From: Candidatus Microgenomates bacterium
GTDB taxonomy: Bacteria > Patescibacteriota > Microgenomatia > UBA1400 > PJMF01
DNA: 51,567 bases
NCBI GenBank assembly: GCA_015486535.1
Contig: WFRK01000026.1
Location: 1-51,567 of the forward strand
Direction of reading: 5' to 3'
In this document: positions 45,681-51,567 of the stretch, one piece after another
How the letters are laid out: every line of letters begins with the position of its first letter
How positions within the stretch are numbered: the first letter of the stretch is position 1
Made by a program: the position numbers and the translations under genes
Notes under the pieces: model-generated
The model's database searches: none
Told to the model about the DNA's origin: nothing
What the model saw: the letters and a program-made list of their open reading frames with translations, nothing else

Positions 45681-48254
45681 TTACTTACCAGAAGGCACTA
45701 TTTTAACATATTTTCCGTCATAATCGATGTTAATTTTATTTCCCGCTTTAATTTTGCCATCAATAATTTCTAAAGCGATTTTGTCAAGGATCTCATTTTG
45801 AATGACGCGTTTCATTGGTCTGGCACCGTAGGCGGGATCAAAACCGACTTTGGCAATATGATCAATCAGCGCATCCGTAAATTCAACTTTAATTTCCTTC
45901 TCCGCCAATCTTTTCTTGACTGTTTCTAGTTGGATAACGACAATTTGTCTCAATTGGCTTGGAGTGAGTGGTTGAAAAATGACGATATCATCAATCCGAT
46001 TGAGGAACTCGGGTTTGAATTTTTGTTGGAGTAATTTTAGAATCAGCTGTTTTTGTTTTTGAGCATCATTCTTGTATTGGGCAATTAAGTCACTGCCTAA
46101 ATTTGAGGTCATGATAATGACCGTATTTTTGAAATCAACCGTTCTCCCTTTACTGTCCGTCAAGCGACCATCATCGAGAATTTGTAAAAGAATATTGAAC
46201 ACGTCTGCATGAGCCTTTTCAATCTCATCAAATAGAATCACACTATAGGGGTGACGTCGTACCGCCTCAGTTAATTGACCGCCTTCTTCATAGCCTACAT
46301 ACCCCGGGGGTGAGCCAATCAATCGTGCGACCGCATGCTTTTCCATATACTCGCTCATGTCGATTCGAGTGATAAGACGTTCATCATCAAATAAAAAATC
46401 GGCTAAGGTTTTGGCCAATTCGGTTTTCCCTACTCCGGTTGGACCCAAGAATAAGAATGAACCGATCGGTCGACCTACTTCACTAATGCCGGCGCGTGCG
46501 CGCCGAATGGCATTAGCAACTGCTTTTACCGCTTCTTCCTGACCTACCAACCGTTTAGCCAGCTCTTTTTCCATCTGGCTCAGTTTTTTACTCTCCTCTT
46601 GAAGCATTTTTTCGGCGGGAATACCGGTCCAACGAGAAACAATGTGAGCAATATCTTCTTCGTCTACTTCTTCTTTAAGGATTTTTTTATTTTTTTGCAA
46701 TTGAGCTAATTTTTGCTGGGCTTGTTTAATTTCCGCTTGTACTTTGGGAATTTCTCCGTAATTAATTTCTGCCACTCGTTGGAGATTAAGATCACGCTCG
46801 GCTTTAGTCGCCTCTCCTCTCAATTGATCAAGCTTTTTATTTGCCTCTTTGATTTCATCAATCGCTTTCTTTTCATTACGCCAATGTAGCTCGAGTTGAT
46901 TAAATTTCTCCTTTAATTCCGCCAAAGTTTTTTCAATTTCTTTTAGTCTCGCTTGAGATGCCACATCTTTCTCTTTCTTCAGCGCCCGTTTTTCGATTTC
47001 GAGCTGGCGAATTTTTCGCTCCAGTTGATCGAGTTCTTCCGGTTTGCTATCAATGGCAATTCTCACCGCTGAAGCAGCTTCGTCGATAAGATCGATTGCT
47101 TTGTCAGGTAAAAAACGATCGCTGATGTAACGATCGGAGAGCTTAGCGGCAGCCACCAAAGCATTGTCACGAATTCTGACACCGTGGTGAGCCTCATATT
47201 TTTCTTTAATACCCCGCAGAATAGAAATCGTGTCAGCGACACTTGGTTCTTTGACAAAAACCGGTTGAAAACGACGTTCCAATGCCTGATCTTTTTCAAT
47301 ATATTTGCGATACTCTTTCAGAGTGGTGGCGCCAACAGTCCGTAAAGTTCCTCGCGCTAAGGCTGGTTTCAGTAGATTGCCCGCATCGGTTGAACCTTCC
47401 TGTGCGCCCGCACCGACAATGGTATGAAGTTCGTCAATAAAAAGGATAATCTGCCCATTGGATTTTTCTATTTCCTTAATTACCGCTTTGAGGCGATCTT
47501 CAAACTCACCGCGATATTTTGCCCCGGCAATCAACGATCCCATATCGAGGGAGAGAATGCGTTTATTTTTCAGTGCTTCAGGCACATCGCCATCAATAAT
47601 TTTTTTCGCCAAACCCTCGACGATGGCCGTCTTGCCTGTGCCCGGTTCACCGACTAAAACGGGATTATTTTTTGTCCGTCGCGATAAAATTTGGGTAATG
47701 CGACGAATTTCTTCATCTCGTCCAATCACCGGATCGATCTTGCCTTCTTGAGCAAGTTTGGTCAAATCAATCGTGTATTTTTCTAAGGCTTGATACTTAT
47801 TCTCTGGATCTCTGTCAGTCACTTTTTGATTCCCTCTCAATTGCTTTAATACGTCCAAAACTTGTTTCTCATTAATATCTAGCATTGATTTTACCTCATT
47901 AATCTTCAATAAACCAAGCAGCAAATGCTCAGTACTGATGAATTCATCCCTTAATTTGCCTGCCTCACTTTCGGCCTCATCGAAAACTCGCGCCAGTTGA
48001 GCTGACAAATATGCTTGGGTACTGCCGGATACGGTGGGAAGAGTTTTGATTTTTGCCTCAAGTTGTTGGGCAATTTTTTCGGGTGATTGATCGAGATTTT
48101 GGAGAATAGTGGCGACAATGCCATTCGGTTGATTAATTAAGACCAAAAGCAGGTGCCAAACAGTTACTTCCGGATTTTTAAGTTTGCCGGCTAACTGCAT
48201 CGCTCCTTGGAGAGCCTCGGCTGATTTAGTGGTTAGTTTATCAAGATTTAGCAT
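45681..48254 (-). CDS. clpB: Chaperone ClpB
   Basis: Clp N domain, two AAA modules (GEPGTGKT and GPTGVGKT) and a long coiled-coil M domain. 857 aa. Confidence 0.96.
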   Translation of the reverse strand: MLNLDKLTTKSAEALQGAMQLAGKLKNPEVTVWHLLLVLINQPNGIVATILQNLDQSPEKIAQQLEAKIKTLPTVSGSTQAYLSAQLARVFDEAESEAGKLRDEFISTEHLLLGLLKINEVKSMLDINEKQVLDVLKQLRGNQKVTDRDPENKYQALEKYTIDLTKLAQEGKIDPVIGRDEEIRRITQILSRRTKNNPVLVGEPGTGKTAIVEGLAKKIIDGDVPEALKNKRILSLDMGSLIAGAKYRGEFEDRLKAVIKEIEKSNGQIILFIDELHTIVGAGAQEGSTDAGNLLKPALARGTLRTVGATTLKEYRKYIEKDQALERRFQPVFVKEPSVADTISILRGIKEKYEAHHGVRIRDNALVAAAKLSDRYISDRFLPDKAIDLIDEAASAVRIAIDSKPEELDQLERKIRQLEIEKRALKKEKDVASQARLKEIEKTLAELKEKFNQLELHWRNEKKAIDEIKEANKKLDQLRGEATKAERDLNLQRVAEINYGEIPKVQAEIKQAQQKLAQLQKNKKILKEEVDEEDIAHIVSRWTGIPAEKMLQEESKKLSQMEKELAKRLVGQEEAVKAVANAIRRARAGISEVGRPIGSFLFLGPTGVGKTELAKTLADFLFDDERLITRIDMSEYMEKHAVARLIGSPPGYVGYEEGGQLTEAVRRHPYSVILFDEIEKAHADVFNILLQILDDGRLTDSKGRTVDFKNTVIIMTSNLGSDLIAQYKNDAQKQKQLILKLLQQKFKPEFLNRIDDIVIFQPLTPSQLRQIVVIQLETVKKRLAEKEIKVEFTDALIDHIAKVGFDPAYGARPMKRVIQNEILDKIALEIIDGKIKAGNKINIDYDGKYVKIVPSGK

Positions 48255-48258
48255 AGTG

Positions 48259-48292
48259 TTAGCAGTCTACAATATTGCCTGCTAACTGTCAA
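48259..48292 (-). promoter_or_regulatory. clpB promoter overlapped by a CIRCE (HrcA operator) variant
   Basis: TTAGCAGTC-N9-GCCTGCTAA at 48259-48285, versus consensus TTAGCACTC-N9-GAGTGCTAA. Minus strand has TTGACA-N17-TAGACT ending 9 nt before the ATG. Confidence 0.85.
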
Positions 48293-48317
48293 CGAGATGT
48301 TAAGTTACACGGGCAAC

Positions 48318-49370
48318 TTATGTTGCCGAGTACCTTGTTCCTCGAGTTTGACCATGCTTAGTGATTAAATCAAGTTTGACGAGCTTGATGATATCATAGG
48401 CCAGTGTTCTTTTTGAAATGTGCCAGAAGCGGCGGTGGATAAAGTCAAGCGACGTATATGGATGGTCAAGGATAATTTGGTAAATTTCTTGTTGTCTAGG
48501 GATGAGTTTGTTGAGTTTTGTCCGTTTGGCGGGATTACTTTTTAAAGTTTCTGTTCTTTTGAAAGCTATGGTGGTTTGTTTTATGCCACTTAAAGATTGG
48601 TGTAAAGCATGCTCAATTGCTTGCATGACAAAAAGAACAAAACCATCAACTTGCCGTGTATTTTTCTCAAGTAAGAAATAATACTCTGAACGATTGGTAT
48701 CAATAAACTCTTCTAATGGAAGCTGTGTGGGTAGATAATCGATTTGATGAAGTTGCCAGTGCATCAAAAGTCGACCCACTCGGCCATTACCGTCTGCGAA
48801 AGGATGAATTTTTTCAAAGTAGTAATGACATTGAGCTAAATTGACTAGTGCGTCAACTGGCTGAATATGTTTAGTATTGTACTGCCTAATAAGTTCTCCA
48901 AGCATGATTTTGGTTTCTGCTGGTTCCGGGGTTAGGTAAGTGATGTTGCCTAGTTGGTCAAAGATCGCCGAAGAACTTGTGCGTAATTTACCTGGATGAG
49001 TTTGGAGACCATGCATGACTTGCTTGTGGAGTGTGAGAATATGATCAAGTGAAATGATACTGGGTAGTTTAGTTAATTCGTTATGAACTTGCATTAGATT
49101 AACTACTTCTCGTTGTGTTTCAGTTAAATTGGTGATGAGCTCAATCTGGTCTGCTTCTTGCAGTGTAAGGGAGTTGCCTTCTATGCGGGCAGAAAACAAA
49201 GCGCTCTTCAAGTTTCCACGTTTAAAAATATGCTCGATCAGTGGTTGGTTTTGTCGTTGATTGAGTTGCAAGTGTTGCCGAACAGTTTGAGCTAAATCTT
49301 GAATCTTCTCATGTATTGATGTGGCAAGATCATAGCTTTTTCTTGTTAGAGGTTGAGGAAACTGCAACAT
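48318..49370 (-). CDS. Fic-domain protein with C-terminal winged HTH
   Basis: HPFADGNGRVGR active-site motif, N-terminal inhibitory SARIEGN (class II-type) and C-terminal RQ.EIY.II.....S.RTL.YD..KL...G.T. Start at ATG 49370. Confidence 0.9.
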   Translation of the reverse strand: MLQFPQPLTRKSYDLATSIHEKIQDLAQTVRQHLQLNQRQNQPLIEHIFKRGNLKSALFSARIEGNSLTLQEADQIELITNLTETQREVVNLMQVHNELTKLPSIISLDHILTLHKQVMHGLQTHPGKLRTSSSAIFDQLGNITYLTPEPAETKIMLGELIRQYNTKHIQPVDALVNLAQCHYYFEKIHPFADGNGRVGRLLMHWQLHQIDYLPTQLPLEEFIDTNRSEYYFLLEKNTRQVDGFVLFVMQAIEHALHQSLSGIKQTTIAFKRTETLKSNPAKRTKLNKLIPRQQEIYQIILDHPYTSLDFIHRRFWHISKRTLAYDIIKLVKLDLITKHGQTRGTRYSAT

Positions 49371-49390
49371 ACTAACCGTAATATAGTCTA

Positions 49391-49422
49391 TATTGCAAGA
49401 TATTGCAAAATATTGCAAGATA
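49391..49422. repeat. Three tandem 10-bp repeats TATTGCAA(G/A)A over the Fic promoter
   Basis: tattgcaaga tattgcaaaa tattgcaaga ta. The middle TTGCAA is a -35 with N17 spacing to TATATT (49380-49385, minus strand). Confidence 0.8.
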
Positions 49423-49517
49423 CTTCGAAATAATGGTCAGTTGGTTAAGCACCAAATAATAGATAGAATTCAAGGATCAATTGCCGATTAATCAAATAAT
49501 GCTAAATTGAAATAATG

Positions 49518-49560
49518 AAGTAAAAAACGATTTTTTTGACTGAACCAAACATGGTGATAG
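49518..49560 (-). other. 3' arm of the 16S pre-rRNA processing stem
   Basis: Near-perfect reverse complement of 51294-51330 (CTATCACCATGTTT(A/G)GTTCAGTC...TCGTTTTTTACTT). Confidence 0.8.
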
Positions 49561-49670
49561 TTCCCTGGCCCGGACATGATCATCACGGGACTTTAGAGTT
49601 TTTCCCAATTTCACTTGCGTTTCATTGGGACAGGTCATAGGGGTCGTGATGCCCTTACCTGTGACTCCTT

Positions 49671-51166
<1,496 letters not shown>

Positions 51167-51293
51167 AAGTTTAATCTTCATCATCTAAATTAGATGATGG
51201 TTTGTTTACTTAACTCAAAAAATTAACGGTTCACTTTACTAAAGCTAAACAAGTTAGTGATAGTAAAAACCATTAATTTTATTTTCAGGTCCG

Positions 51294-51342
51294 CTATCAC
51301 CATGTTTAGTTCAGTCGTCGTTTTTTACTTATTAAAGAACCA
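51294..51342 (-). other. 5' arm of the 16S processing stem with adjacent boxA-like element
   Basis: Pairs with 49518-49560. Immediately upstream is TGGTTCTTTAATAA (cf. boxA TGCTCTTTAACA). Confidence 0.65.
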
Positions 51343-51465
51343 AAGCGCACGAGAAAAGCTTGCTTGATTAATAAACAAGTTTTTGGTCTCTAAACGCTTC
51401 AAATTTTCTTGAAAGAAAAATGTGTAAAAATCAGTTCCAAATGGCTTAACTTTTACAGGACTGTC

Positions 51466-51493
51466 AGTTTAACATAAGTGTGGCTGAAATCAA
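51466..51493 (-). promoter_or_regulatory. Putative rRNA promoter
   Basis: TTGATT-N16-TAAACT with extended TG, about 300 nt upstream of the 16S 5' end. Confidence 0.55.
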
Positions 51494-51567
51494 GCGGTAA
51501 AAATTTAAGCAAAATTGAGAAACCAACACTCCCACCAACCGAGAATTGATAATTAAAAGTATTAATC

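Noticed and set aside
2845..47751. Numerous 60-150 aa alternative-frame or antisense ORFs (e.g. 3940-4125, 5285-5745, 11086-11544, 12218-12535, 22536-22865, 29088-29456, 44101-44515, 47424-47751)
   Set aside because: All are nested in or largely overlap well-supported genes, show no recognisable motifs, and are the expected shadow ORFs.
49371..49418. N-terminal extension of the Fic ORF (track start 49418)
   Set aside because: It runs through the repeat and promoter array. ATG 49370 fits the promoter.
49391..49422. Tandem repeat as a CRISPR remnant or iteron/origin
   Set aside because: The units are only 10 bp with no spacers, and there is no cas or rep gene or DnaA-box cluster nearby.
49561..49670. 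Structured 110-nt segment after the 16S as a 5S rRNA or tRNA
   Set aside because: No 5S (CCGAAC/GATGGTAG-type) or TTCGA motifs. It lies inside the processing stem, so it is most simply the pre-rRNA trailer.

Overview
51.6 kb of core chromosome from a Patescibacteria (CPR) bacterium, most likely Microgenomates. This assignment is inferred from the divergent 16S rRNA, domain-trimmed housekeeping proteins and a GT-C-rich envelope locus. Genetic code 11 (TGA is used as stop). Housekeeping content: rpmF-nusB-acpP-like-rnc(partial), recG, tyrS, a class A PBP, an O-antigen-ligase-like protein, infC-rpmI-rplT-pheST, tig, miaBA, yvcK, comM/yifB, gap, pyrH, a FemABX-family protein, pcrA, tpiA, lon and clpB (CIRCE-controlled). 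RNA genes: 5 tRNAs, RNase P RNA and a stand-alone 16S rRNA with no 23S behind it. Accessory content: two small type II toxin-antitoxin modules and a Fic-wHTH gene. I saw no CRISPR array, integrase or transposase. The best candidates for undescribed biology are (1) a 12-kb polyprenyl-phosphate-sugar glycosylation locus coupling a flavoprotein, a HAD phosphatase, an SDR epimerase and a GT2 to five GT-C-like membrane proteins, (2) a SAM-adenosyltransferase (DUF62/fluorinase-fold) protein with a rewired active site, (3) an ACP-like protein lacking its phosphopantetheine serine, (4) a GAPDH with an NADP-type signature and (5) widespread leaderless-type promoters. All family calls come from motif recognition by eye; no searches were run.
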